Part shown: piece by piece, positions 23,305 through 35,740 of the stretch
Position numbering within the stretch: position 1 is the first letter of the stretch
How the letters are laid out: each line of letters opens with the position of its first letter
Origin: Nemertoderma westbladi
Lineage: Eukaryota > Animalia > Xenacoelomorpha
Reading direction: 5' to 3'
NCBI GenBank assembly: GCA_032718475.1
Contig: JAUCBJ010001775.1
Span: forward strand, 1 to 36,883
Length of the DNA: 36,883 nucleotides
Notes under the pieces: generated by a model
Seen by the model: the letters and a program-made list of their open reading frames with translations, nothing else
Database searches by the model: none
What the model was told of the DNA's origin: nothing
Translations under genes and position numbers: made by a program

Positions 23305-24954
23305 ATTTGTTGCATTAAGTTAGATCGAGGGGCGAAAAGGTAAAGAACGTGTTTTATTTGTCGTTCAATATGTAATTTAATTGTTAAAGTCATCCTTATT
23401 ATTATACTTATTAGAATATATTAATGTTTAATAAGTAATTAAACATCACACCAGTCGCACCGGCACCGCATGTATTATTCGTCCTTATTGTGATTTGTTG
23501 ATCACCAATGGAAAAGTGTCGTTGAAAGGATTCCAAATGTGTAAATTACTATTAATGTGGTTGAGAAATAGCTGATACAAGCTTACCAGCGAGAGCTGGC
23601 AATATGGACGGATCCATTGCTATCAATATTATTGTTGTAATAAATTACGCGCCTATGCAGGGAAGCCTAATAACGAAAAACGCAAAACGAACCATTGGGC
23701 AAAGTAGTACCCTCTGTACAACACAGTTATTATTATATTGTTTGTTGTAATGAATTACGCGCATAAGCAGGGCAGCCTAATAAGTAAATAATAACGTATG
23801 AGAACCCAATAGTTGTCAATATGGAGCAGACAGCTCTCCCAATTACACTGCTTCTTACTTACATCCAAACTGAACCTCTAATAGGATGTTGTCTTTGTCA
23901 AGCCAACGATATTCTGGGATTGGCTAGCCAGTATGATAATAGTATAATTAGTATAATATCTCCTCTAACTCTCTAATATATATCTTCTCCTACATTTCTA
24001 AACGAAATAAAGCGAAATTTTGCAGAAAGTATTCGACAGAATTTTGATTGAGTTAATTCTACGATTATGATCGGTCATTCTAGAATTAATTTCACTGTTG
24101 CTATGCAATCAACAGTTCCCTCGCAACCAAAACCTTGCATACACAACACAACTGGGTCCGATAACGAACCTATCATCAAAATTTCATCCAATTCCATCAA
24201 CATTTTAAGTGTAAGAAGTTGTGTGTACAAACAAACACACAAACACAAACAAACACGCGTCAGAAATAAGGACATCCACTTCTTGGATCCGTCCAATATG
24301 GGCGTTCAAAAAGTCCAGAACTTTGCATCCGTCACAGCCTGCAGGGTAGGGTATTTATTATATTTAATAAAGTACGCAATATTCTGGAAGCTGGAACATA
24401 TTGAATTATATTATAATTCGAATTTATTCTAATTGAATTATAATTCAATCTATTTGATTAACTACAAGATTATTAATCATTTTACTTCTGTAGTCGTAGC
24501 TAGTCATTTAATAAATAAAATTCCCCAGAATAGTATTTATTGCAGTGTTATTACAACTTAAGTTGACTGATTGAAGAGCAATAATCTCCATTTACCAGAT
24601 GTAAATAATGCAAATCTTATATCTGGTATCACATTGATACAAAATTTATAATATAGTTTTTAGAGTTTATATTATAAATATATTAATTCAATATTCTGGA
24701 TTTTACATATTCTGCAGTTAATAAAGTAATTTATTTACCTTCTCGTCACGAGATCTCCTGATCGAGGCTCTATAATGTAAATAAACCCATTTTATTTCAC
24801 GTAGTTATATATTAGGCCTAATTGTTTTTATAACATGCAACAACCGCTCCGATGTCTATTTCTCAGTGAAATTTTGATGTTTCTGACAGATAATTTTGAA
24901 TTCCCCTTTCTATCGGAATAAATTCACGAAGTTTCCAATTTTCATTTCCTTTAG

Positions 24955-25782
24955 GTACAAAAAAACGAAGAAAGTCTCCGTCTCCGCCGCCATCGGAACA
25001 AAAACGGAAGAAACGAAATAAAGTTGAGAGCAAAGAGAGTCCGTCGGGGAAAGGGTCGCGGAAACGGCGAGAGGAAGACGACGAGGAGGAGGACGCGACT
25101 CGCGATCTACCGGACCCGCCGGTACAACCGGCTGTGGAGCCGGTAGAAACGACGAGCAAAGGAACCCGGCAGGACGATCAGCTGAACCCGGTGAAGGGCG
25201 GAGCTGTAGCGGAGTTGGAGGAGGCCGAATCGGCAGTTGTGGAGGACGAAACGTCCCGAACCAACGCCGCGTCGTCCGAGGAGAAGCAACCCACGGAGGA
25301 GTACGTCACGGAGCAGACGCACCACGTTATCGTACCGTCGTACTCCGCGTGGTTCGACTACCATTCGGTCCACGCTATAGAACGCCGCTCCCTCCCGGAG
25401 TTCTTCAACCGTCGGAACCGCTCCAAGACCCCGGAGGTTTACCTCGCGACGCGCAACTTTATGGTGGACACCTACCGCCTGAACCCCCAGGAGTACCTCG
25501 CCTTCAGCTCCTGTCGTCGGAACATCGTCGGGGACGTGTGCTCCGTGATGCGGGTCTACGGGTTCCTCGAGCAGTGGGGGTTGGTTAACTACCAGACGGA
25601 CGCGGACGCCCGCCCCGTGGCCATGGCCCCGCCCGGGACCAGCCACTTCCACGTGCTGGCCGACACCCCCACCGGGTTGCAGCCCCTCCCGCCGCCCGCC
25701 AAGGCCCTCCAGGAACCCGCCGCCAAACAGCTGCTCAACATGGACCGCAGCGAGGGGAAGGACAGCGAGGTTGTTAAAGAAG
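24955..25782 (+). CDS. SMARCC2: SMARCC1/2 coding exon 2 (basic KKRRKSPSP region and SWIRM domain)
   Basis: Acceptor TTTCCTTTAG| at 24954, phase 1, in frame with exon 1. Encodes GTKKRRKSPSPPP and the SWIRM domain EQTHHVIVPSYSAWFDY...PEFF...SKTPEVY...RNFMVDTYRLNPQEYL...FLEQWGLVNYQ. Donor G|GTAATA at 25782/25783. Confidence 0.95.
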
Positions 25783-25972
25783 GTAATATAATATAATATA
25801 ATAAAGTTTATTTACCTGTTGGTTGTTTATGAGTCATGCTAAATTAAAACTACTGACAAAGAGAAAGAGCGAAGCGATGAGTTTTACTCGCTTCTGCCGA
25901 CATCCATTCTGTATTTTTGTTTCTTTTTTTATTTATTTTACGCCAATAGATTTGAAATATTATATTTTTTAG

Positions 25973-27873
25973 GTAAACCTACCGAGGAGGCTACGGAGGA
26001 AGTCACAGAGGCGAGTAAACCGCTCCTCTCGGACGGGATATCCCGTCGGAAGGACGTCTACATGAGTCGACGCGCGCAGTTGGCGCGCGCTCGCAGCGGT
26101 CTACCGCAGGCGCGGGAATGGGAGGAGCAGGAGGTTGCGCTGCTGCTCGAGGGGTTGGAGATGTTCTCGGAGGATTGGAACCGCGTCTCGGAACACGTCG
26201 GGACCCGCGCCCAGGACGAGTGCATCCTCCAGTTCCTCCGACTCCCCATAGAGGACCCCTACCTGGAGGACTCCCGTCTGGTCGGCCCCGTCGCCTACCA
26301 ACCCACTCCGTTCAGCCAGTCCGGCAACCCGGTGATGTCCACCGTCGCCTTCCTCGCCTCCGTCGTCGACCCCCGGGTGGCTTCCGCAGCGGCCAAGGCG
26401 GCGCTCGACGAATTCGCGCGGATGAAGCGGGAAGTGCCGAAGGCCTTGGTGGAGGCGCACGTGGAGCGAGTGAAGCGGAACCCCGATAAACCCGCGTCCG
26501 ACGAGGAACTCCTCAGGAACTCCGGGATCGCGGGAACCCAGGAAGAGTTCGCGAAACCGAGTCGCGAATCCGTTAAAGTTGAATCGGTTCCTCTCCCTGA
26601 GGAGCCTCCGGCGGAGGAGTCGGAAGGCGGCGAGGTAGTCAAGGATACCAGCGAGAAGGAGAATAAAGAGGCGAACGACGTTAAGGATAACGAAATCGAC
26701 GACGAAAAGCTGAAGAAGATTGCGAACGAACCGATAAACGAAGGGGAGTTAGCGGCGGCGGCGGCGTGCGCGCTCGCATCGGCAGCCGTTAAAGCGAAAC
26801 ATTTGGCCTCGGTGGAGGAGCGGAAAATTAAGACGTTGGTGGCGCTGCTGGTGGAGACCCAGATGAAGAAACTCGAGATCAAACTGAGGCATTTCGAGGA
26901 GTTGGAGACTATTATGGACCGGGAGAGAGAGGCTCTAGAGAGTCAGAAGCAGCAGTTGTTGTCGGATCGACAGCAGTTCCATATGGAGCAACTAAAGGCG
27001 GCCGAGATGCAGGCGCGCTCGCGACAACAGCAGCAGAAACAGGTGCAGCAGTTACAGATACAGCAGTACATAGCGCAGGGGGTGCCATCTACGGCGGCAG
27101 GGGCACAGCCGGCCGTAGTGGCGGCTCCAAGCGGCGTGGCGGAGTCAGAGACGGCCTCGAAACCGGATGCCGGAAAGTGGGATGCCGGAAAACCGGAGGC
27201 CGGAAGGTGGGAGGCCGGAAAACCGGAGGCCGGAAGGTGGGAGGCCGGAAAACCGGACCCCGGAAGTTGGGAGACCGGAAAACCGGATCCCGGAAGGTGG
27301 GAGGCAGGAAAACCGGAGGTCGGAAGGTGGGAGGCCGGAAAACCGGATTCCAGAAGGTGGGAGGCCGGAAAACCGGAGGCCGGAAGGTGGGAGCCCGGAA
27401 AATCAGAGGCCGGGAGGTGGGAGGCCGGGCGGGCCGGTTGGAATGAGGGCCGTAACCAGATGGATGTCCCCCCGCAGTGGTCAACCAATCAGCAATCGCC
27501 GTGGTCCAACGAACTGGCTAAGGGAGACTCGGCCACCTCGTGGTCCACTACAGGGGACATCGCGAAACAGGCGATGGAGACGAGCGGGGGGGAGTGGGGG
27601 GCGGATAAGGGGGCATTCGCGCCGTCCCAGGGGGGGCAGTTCCAGCCGTCCCAGGGGGGGCAGTTCCAGCCGTCCCAAGGGGGGCAGTTCCAGCCGTCCC
27701 AAGGGGGGCAGTACGAACCCCCCAGGGCCCCCGCCCCTCAGACCCCTGATGACCCCTTGATGGAATCCTCCGTGGATTGCGACGTATCCATGGATGAGAC
27801 CAGTATGGAGGGTGTTGATGACGATGAAGTTGTCGACGACGGGGCTGATTTGGATGAAGATCCCGATGATTGA
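25973..27873 (+). CDS. SMARCC2: SMARCC1/2 coding exon 3 (SANT domain, coiled coil/leucine zipper, repetitive C-terminal tail)
   Basis: Acceptor ATTTTTTAG| at 25972, phase 1, in frame. [53 protein letters not shown]; [25 protein letters not shown]; [45 protein letters not shown] ends at 27873. The three exons total 3696 nt (1231 aa plus stop). Confidence 0.96.
27160..27429 (+). repeat. Coding 30-bp repeat x9 ([10 protein letters not shown]) in the SMARCC tail
   Basis: Nine in-frame units, Trp invariant. Confidence 0.95.
27619..27714 (+). repeat. Coding 24-bp repeat x4 (QPSQGGQF/Y) in the SMARCC tail
   Basis: Four in-frame units. Confidence 0.93.
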
Positions 27874-30004
27874 ACATAAACGAACTGGAATATCTTCAGT
27901 TTATTTTGGTTTTATTAATTATTAACTCATCTAGATATAGTTGTTATCATTGTATCTCTGTATTCCAAAATTGTAACGTTACTTTTTTTGTGTGTGTGGG
28001 GGGTAACCCCCCACCCACACCCCCCTCGGAAAAAAATTCATAATTTTTTTTGGCATTGCATCTTGATCAATAATTACTGAATGAAAATACAAAAAGTGAC
28101 CGAAAGATATTATGAAAATGAACACGCTGGTTCCAAGCTAGACCTATTAGCAGCGAGTTATATGGCACATTTTATACCGCTCATATAGAATAGAGCATTA
28201 ACTATGCAGTGGATAATGGAGGATGACAATTCACATTGCTGTTCATTCAATAGTGAAATCATTTTTAGCAACAAAAGTTTCACATTTTGCTCTTTTCCCA
28301 TCGGCCATCGTTTCGATTGTTTAAATGTTACAATTTTGGAAAACAATTATTTGCTTTACTTGTTGGCGTTGTAAAGTCTCCCTCACTACGATCGTTTCTG
28401 TAATAAACAACTCGGATTAACTCGGAACAACTCGGATTTAAATAGTGATGGATTTGCATAAATAGTTTCACTGCGTTTTATAATGTATTCAATGTAAATT
28501 CCAAAAAAATAAATCTGCAGTTCTATATTATTTTTATTTAGTTATTTTTTACTCTTTCGGCGTTGACTAACTTCAGATATTCCTTCACATGATGTAAATC
28601 TGGCAGTAAAAGCAGCTGGTGGAATTCTAATTCCATTCGGTATGTTTATGTAATCTCCCAAGAAATAATCATTCATTATAAACCCAGAGAAACTCTTCTG
28701 ATGGTAAATCTCCACAACCTTCTAATGAATGTGTTGTCATGGCACTTTAACCTATTTTTGTGAATTTTTTTCGTTAAACTAGTCTTATAGTTGTCGTTTA
28801 ACGTTTTGTCTTGTTTACCCGGAATCATTCAGACACTTTTTAGTATCTGATTCTAAATATTATATTTATTAGAGGTCGGAGGTAAATTAGTCATAATCAC
28901 AAATTTCATTCTTCAACACAACAAACAGCACCCCGTATTAATAATAGTTTAAGCGCAAGGGTAGGCCTATACAAGGTCCGAGAGATTAGCTTGGAAATAG
29001 CGATATCAAGTCATGTGGCAGTAAATCTTTGTTTTTCATTTTATACTTAATGAGATTATGAGAATATGTCGATCATTTTGTTTGGTTCGATTGAGCCAAA
29101 ACGTTCCTGGTTCATAGTTTCGGTTTATTTGGTTTCCATCCGAAATGGCTGGAATAAAACTTGATTAAATAAACTAAAGTTCTATGAATTAGAGATAATG
29201 ATTTATTTACCTCCTTGTTTATATTGTTTATTTATTGTGTCAGTTGATTTTGTGTTGTAAAAGTTTCAAAACGGTTAATACAAATAATGTTAGATACGAG
29301 ATTCCTATACTTTTTATTTCATGTAACTATAACAACCGAACCGGTCAGATATAGAGGAAAATTCTTCGCAAATAACAGGACTTTCGTTTATTGTTAGTAG
29401 CGTGTCAAGTAACCTGCACCTTTGCCATTCCCTTAATTGATATTTTAACATTGGGACGAGATATTTATTCGCCGAGATGGGATTTGGGTCAAGTCACCCC
29501 CCCCCCCCCCCCCCCCCCCTATTTATGTCAAATATTATTGGGAATCCTAAAAAATACGGAAAAAGAGTTTCTTTGATAAAAAATGCAGTTAAATTATTTT
29601 TGTTACATTGTGTCAACTTATCAGCGTTGTGATGAATTACGCGTATCGCTGCAAGATTCCACTTTGCAGCGTTTCCGCCCATAGGACGGAACGCTGCAAA
29701 GTAATCAATAACCTGGAAATATCTTAAATTACCGTATTCCAGAATGTATTATTTCCATTTATATTAATGCGTGCTTCTTTATTCAATAAAGTAGCACGTG
29801 TTTACATAATGCGTGCGTCCAGTTTGCAGTGACGGGACTAGCTACTGTATGTAAATAATATATTGTTTAACGTGTAAGACTGTATTCTATATGTCGAAAC
29901 GTCCTATAGCAGACATTTTAGAGGCAAGTGTGCATTCAATCAGTAAAACTAGGTACGATAATGAACAGAATTTAAATGCCCAAACGACAATTTTCACAAT
30001 GATA

Positions 30005-32662
30005 AGTTGACATAATGTAACAAAATTACATACATCATTGCGTGCAAAGGACACTTTTCAGCGTTAAAGACCCTTGCTTATTTATGTAAAACTCCCTCGC
30101 TGCGCTCGATCGGTACATAGATGAACTCAGGTCATAACGCTGCAAAGTGCTACTTTTCACACAATGATGTAAATAGTTAATTATTGTAAGATATCTCAAT
30201 AAAATTTAAAATATTTTATCACAAAAGTAAAGCTAGTGAGTTAGTTATAGTTAGTTAGGTAATTTTAAGAGAATTAATATATTATAAAGTAGGTCTTGTG
30301 GCGAGTACAATACTCATACAGTGAGAAAAAGTAGTTTCCCACATTCCCATTCATCTTCCCACATTACCATCCACATTCCCATTTTCCCACATTCCCATCC
30401 ACCTTTCCACATTCCCATCTTCCCACATTCCCATCCCTTCCCACATTCCCACCACCTTCCCACATTCCCATCCACCTTCCTATCTTCCCACATTCCCTTC
30501 TTCCCACATTCCCATCCGCCTTCCCACATTCCCATCCACCTTCCCATCTTCCCACATTCCCATCCACCTTCCCATCTTCCCACATTCCCATCCACCTTCC
30601 CATCTTCCCACATTCCATCTTCCTACATTCCCATCTTCCCATATTCCCATCCACTTCCCACATTCCCATCCACCTTCCCATCTTCCCACATTCCCATCCA
30701 CCTTCCCATCTTCCCACATTCCCATCCACCTTCCCATCTTCCCACATTCCTATCTTCCTACATTCCCACCATCTTCCCACATTCCCACCACCTTCCCACA
30801 TTCCCACCACCTTCCCACATTCCCATCCATCTTCCCACATTCCTATCCACCTTCCCACATTCCCATCTTCCCACATTCCCATCCACCTTCCTACAATCAC
30901 ACCTTCCTAAATTTCCATCTTCCCACATTCCCATCTTCTACATTCCCACCACCTTCCCACATTCCCATCTTCTACATTCCCATCCACATTCCCATCCACC
31001 TTCCCACATTCCCATCCACCTTCCCACATTCCTATCTTCCTACATTCCCACCATCTTCCCACATTCCCATCCACATTCCCACCACCTTCCCACATTCCCA
31101 TCTTCCCACATTCCCATCTTCCCACATTCCCACCACCTTCCCACATTCCCATCCATCTTCCCACATTCCCATCCATCTTCCCACATTCCCATCCACCTTC
31201 CCATCTTCCCACATTCCCTTCTTCCCACATTCCCCATCCACCTTCCACATTCCCATCCACCTTCCCTCACATTCCCATCCACCTTCCCATCTTCCCACAT
31301 TCCTATCTTCCTACATTCCCACCATCTTCCCAATTCCCATCATTCCCATCCACATTCCCATTCCACATTCCCATCCACCTTCCCACATTCCCACCACTTC
31401 CCACATTCCCATCTTCCCACATTCCCATCCACCTTCCCATCTTCCACATTCCCTCTTCCCACATTCCCATCCACCTTCCCACATTCCCATCCACTTCCCA
31501 TCTTCCCACATTCCCATCCACCTTCCCATCTTCCCACATTCCCTATCTTCCTACATTCCCACCCTTCCCACATTCCCATCCACTTCCCATCCACTTCCCA
31601 TTCCCATCTTCCCACATTCCCATCCACCTTCCCACATTCCCATCCACCTTCCCACATTCCCATCTTCCCACATTCCCATCCACTTCCCACATTCCCATCT
31701 TCCTACATTCCCACCACCTTCCCACATTCCCATCCACCTTCCCACATTCCCATCCACCTTCCCACATTCCCATCCTTCCCACATTCCCATCCACCTTCCC
31801 ACATTCCCATCCACCTTCCCACATTCCCATCCACCTTCCCACATTCCCATCCACCTTCCCACATTCCCATCCACCTTCCCACATTCCCACCACCTTCTCC
31901 ACATTCCCATCTTCCTACATTCCCACCACCTTCCCACATTCCCATCTTCCTACATTCCCATCCACATTCCCATCTTCCCACATTCCCATCCACCTTCCCA
32001 CATTCCCATCCACCTTCCCATCTTCCCATCCACCTTCCCATCTTCCTACATTCCAACCACCTTCCCACATTCCCATCTTCCCTCATTCCCATCCACCTTC
32101 CCACATTCCCACCACCTTCCCACATTCCCATCCATCTCCCACCTTCCCACATTCCCATCCACCTTCCCATCATTCCCACATTCCCTTCTTCCCACATTCC
32201 CATCCATTCCATCTTCCCATCTTCCCATACAGTTCACATAATGTAACAAAATTACATACATCATTGCGTGCAAAGGACACTTTTCAGCGTTAAAGACCCT
32301 TGCTTATTTATGTAAAACTCCCTCGCTGCGCTCGATCGGTACATAGATGAACTCAGGTCATAACGCTGCAAAGTGCTACTTTTCACACAATGATGTAAAT
32401 AGTTAATTATTGTAAGATATCTCAATAAAATTTCAAATATTTTATCACAAAAGTAAAGCTAGTGAGTTAGTTATAGTTAGTTAGGTAATTTTAAGAGAAT
32501 TAATATATTATAAAGTAGGTCTTGTGGCGAGTACAATACTCATACAGTGAGAAAAAGTAGTTTCCCACATTCCCATTCATCTTCCCACATTACCATCCAC
32601 ATTCCCATTTTCCCACATTCCCATCCACCTTTCCACATTCCCATCTTCCCACATTCCCATCC
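30005..32662. repeat. Near-identical ~430-bp direct duplication (30005-30436 and 32231-32662), offset 2226 bp
   Basis: Only about two substitutions seen by eye; identical ORF starts at 30321 and 32547. Confidence 0.92.
30335..32228. repeat. 1.9-kb low-complexity array (TTCCCACATTCCCATCCACC-like), + strand almost devoid of G
   Basis: Directly visible. It generates the spurious 641-aa H/P/S/F ORF and the W/G-rich antisense ORFs. Confidence 0.96.
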
Positions 32663-33958
32663 ACCTTCCCGTCTTCCCGCATTCCCTCCCATCTTCCCAC
32701 ATTCCCATCCACCCACCTTCTCACTCACCGTCCGACCGACTGATCAACAGACCACCCCCCCCCCCCCCCCCCCCTCAAAAAAAGGAATTCGCGCAGCAGG
32801 TGAATACCAAAATACCCTCCATGTGAACTTCCCAGACTGTTTGGGGAGATGGTCGAAAATGCGAAAGTTGCATAATAATGATAGTGAATGGGCCAAATTC
32901 CTTTCCGATGTGTTTTATTTCGCTGGGAATGGGGATCCTGGGAAACTTCACATGGGCGACAATAATATGAAACAAAATAATTCAACAGACAACATGTTTT
33001 AAATCAACCAATAATATTAAGCAAAATAATGGAGTTTTGAAACATTATTTAAATCTATCAATAATTTATCAGGCGAAATAATTAGGTTGAAAAACATTAT
33101 TTAAAATGACCAATAATATCAATAGAAATAATTCAGCATGGCAAAAATCATTTAAAACGATCAATATTATCACTCATATTAAATTATTGAATATTGATAC
33201 TAAATGTATGCCATATAGGGTCCATGTCATGTCACATTATATTACGGGGTGCATGTAGGTTGAAATAATTATTAAAAATACAGACTTCAAATGGCATTGC
33301 CCTGTGATAGTAGTGGGGGGAATTCTAACACAAGGGGGGGGGGGGGGGGGGGTTCTGTCTGCTCTAGCATGGATTTTCTTTGCCTCCGTCAATCTTAAAT
33401 TTGAAACCCGAAGTGGAAGTTGATGTGTTTTGTAATCAATGGTATTCCGTGAAATGTAATATAAATAACGTAGTTACTGGGTTTTGGAACAGTGATATCT
33501 TCATCATGGGACTTTGAGACTTTCACAGATGAATTATACACCCTCGAAAACCCCAAGGTCAACTAAAATTCAGTTACTGGGTTTTGGTATGGAGCAGCCG
33601 TATAATGCACCGTTTTGAATAGTAGAAGGCTACCAATTAATGTCATACTAAAATTTATGAAAATTTCATCAAAAAAAGTATATTACACCAATTTACATAA
33701 TGTTACTTATTCAACTTATACCCAACAACACCAAAAGAAATAAATGCTCACCAAAACCAATTATTCACACCAAAATAAATGACAAAACCCCCAAAATAAA
33801 TACATATTCCGCCAAAATATATACATATTTTCCTCAAAATAAATACATATTCCCCCAAAATCAATGCTTATTCCCCCAAAATAATCAAATATTCTTCCAA
33901 AATAAACAGACTCTTAGTTACAGACTCTCAGTTGCAGACTATTGGTACGAGGATCGTC

Positions 33959-34506
33959 GGGTGAGTACACAACAAACCCAAAACGTACCCAAGACTTTAC
34001 TGCCCCTTCTGTACAAAACAACGACCCAAGAATTTACTGCCCGTTCTGTACAAAACAAAGACCCAAGACTTTATTGCCCGTTCTGTACAAAACAAAGACC
34101 CAAGACTTTACTGCCCGTTCTGTACAAAACAAAGACCCAAGACTTTATTGCCCCTTCTGTATAAAACAACGACCCAAGACTTTATTGCCCCTTCTGTATA
34201 AAACAACGACCCAAGAATTTACTGCCCGTTCTGTACAAAACAAAGACCCAAGACTTTATTGCCCGTTCTGTACAAAACAAAGACACAAGACTTTATTGCC
34301 CGTGCTGTACAAAACAAAGAGAAAGTATCATTAGGTCCTCAAAGAACGTTAGGTCCCATTGCCATTTAAGGGTGCAGGTTAGTAAAGGAGCAGGTTACAC
34401 TACAGAGGCGTGTTGGGGGAACCAAAACAATAAACGAAAGTTAACATGTTACAAGAAATTGCAGGTCTTTATAATTGTGTCTTTGGTCTTTGTTTTGTAC
34501 TCATCC
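33959..34506. mobile_element. Mutator-like MITE with 10-bp TSD and internal 37-bp tandem array
   Basis: TIR GGGTGAGTACACAACAAAC / CTTTGTTTTGTACTCATCC; TSD GAGGATCGTC (33949-33958, 34507-34516); about 9 copies of GACCCAAGACTTTAYTGCCCGTTCTGTACAAAACAAA at about 33985-34320. Confidence 0.8.
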
Positions 34507-35665
34507 GAGGATCGTCGGTATAATATGTTTAAACATTTTGTTTGATTTATGGAAATAAATAATGAATGAAAATGTAATTAAATTTTCTATAACATGGATC
34601 TATCTATAACGCTGGAAGAATAGTTTTTGGTTGACATGTAATTATTTTTAGGGGATGAATAATTGTTTTTGGTGAGAAAGATAATCAAAATTGGGGGAGG
34701 TAAATAATTGGTGCTACAAAAAATATATTTGGTGTTAAATAATTTCATTTGTGTGAAATCATCTAATTTGGAGTGGCATCTTAGCAATAGTGGCGTTAGT
34801 AGAATAGTACAATAGGTGCTGGAATGCCCGTTGGTGTGTGGTGGGGGACAGAATTATGCACTGGCAAAAAATTTCCAGAACTTTTCAAGACTGAATGAGG
34901 CCTGTCTGTGTATCTACTTTAAGTTAACCAGACAGACTGGTGTATATTGGTTATCTCATTGACAACTCCAAACACAAAGACTCCATACTGTCACCGATTA
35001 GGCGGACAATAATCCTTACAATTTTGCACCTCATTATGGGGCCATATCTTGTTTACATTATCAGCCAATAGAAATTGAGTTTGGCATTGCCAATAATGTG
35101 GAAAGCACCGTGGGTGGGTAAAGGAAAAAGCCGTTCCAGATAGCAATATTAGCGATGTGGGAGGTGTTTGTCCATTGGTTGGAAATGTGGTAATTTGCCC
35201 AGATTGTTAAGGTAACTGCTGAAAGGTTACTAATATCCGCAGATCTCGTGCATGTTTCATTATTCTATTGTTCTTCACATATGGCCGGCTGCCTTGTGTA
35301 TAGTTCTCTAAGTAGGCCCACTATATTTATTTAGGCAGTGTATTTTATTTGTATTGTTTATATAAATTGAGTTTAGTTGGTAATGCATAGTTAGTATGCC
35401 TACAGATCTGTGATCTGTAATATTTAAATTATTTCGTAATTACCGGTACTGATATATTATATTTATAAATGTTATTATTATTGTAGGCGTAGCAAAACAG
35501 TAAAATAAGCACCACCCACGATAAGATGATGCCACTACTGTGCTCAACCCTACCGTACTTGGCCATCACTCAATGTGATGGGAAAATTGACAGATGGGAG
35601 GCCATAAGGAGGTAAATTGCGGACATCAAGGTATCGGGTAGTATTTCCAGGGCCACCTTTTACCT

Positions 35666-35740
35666 GAACCGCTAGCTGAATGGTTAGAGGGTCAGACTTC
35701 CAACTCGGAGGTCACCAGTTCGATCCCACATATCCAGTTC
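35666..35740 (+). pseudogene. tRNA-derived sequence (SINE head or tRNA pseudogene)
   Basis: A-box-like TAGCTGAATGG, B-box-like AGTTCGATCC, loop CT-TCC-AA. Acceptor, anticodon and T stems pair poorly. Confidence 0.5.

Noticed and set aside
24863-27877. Overlapping antisense and alternate-frame ORFs in SMARCC exons
   Set aside because: Expected shadows of GC-rich, repetitive coding sequence.
30321-32246. 641-aa His/Pro-rich ORF and antisense W/G-rich ORFs
   Set aside because: The near absence of G and TA makes stop codons rare. GTG start, no domain, and several frames open.
33700-34334. YCPFC zinc-finger-like repeat ORFs
   Set aside because: Derived from a 37-bp array whose period is not a multiple of 3, inside a MITE.
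34780-35665. Coding-like composition, possible decayed gene
   Set aside because: The frames I read were interrupted by stops and I recognised no homology.
35666-35740. Functional tRNA-Gly(TCC)
   Set aside because: The stems do not pair properly; kept only as a tRNA-derived relic.
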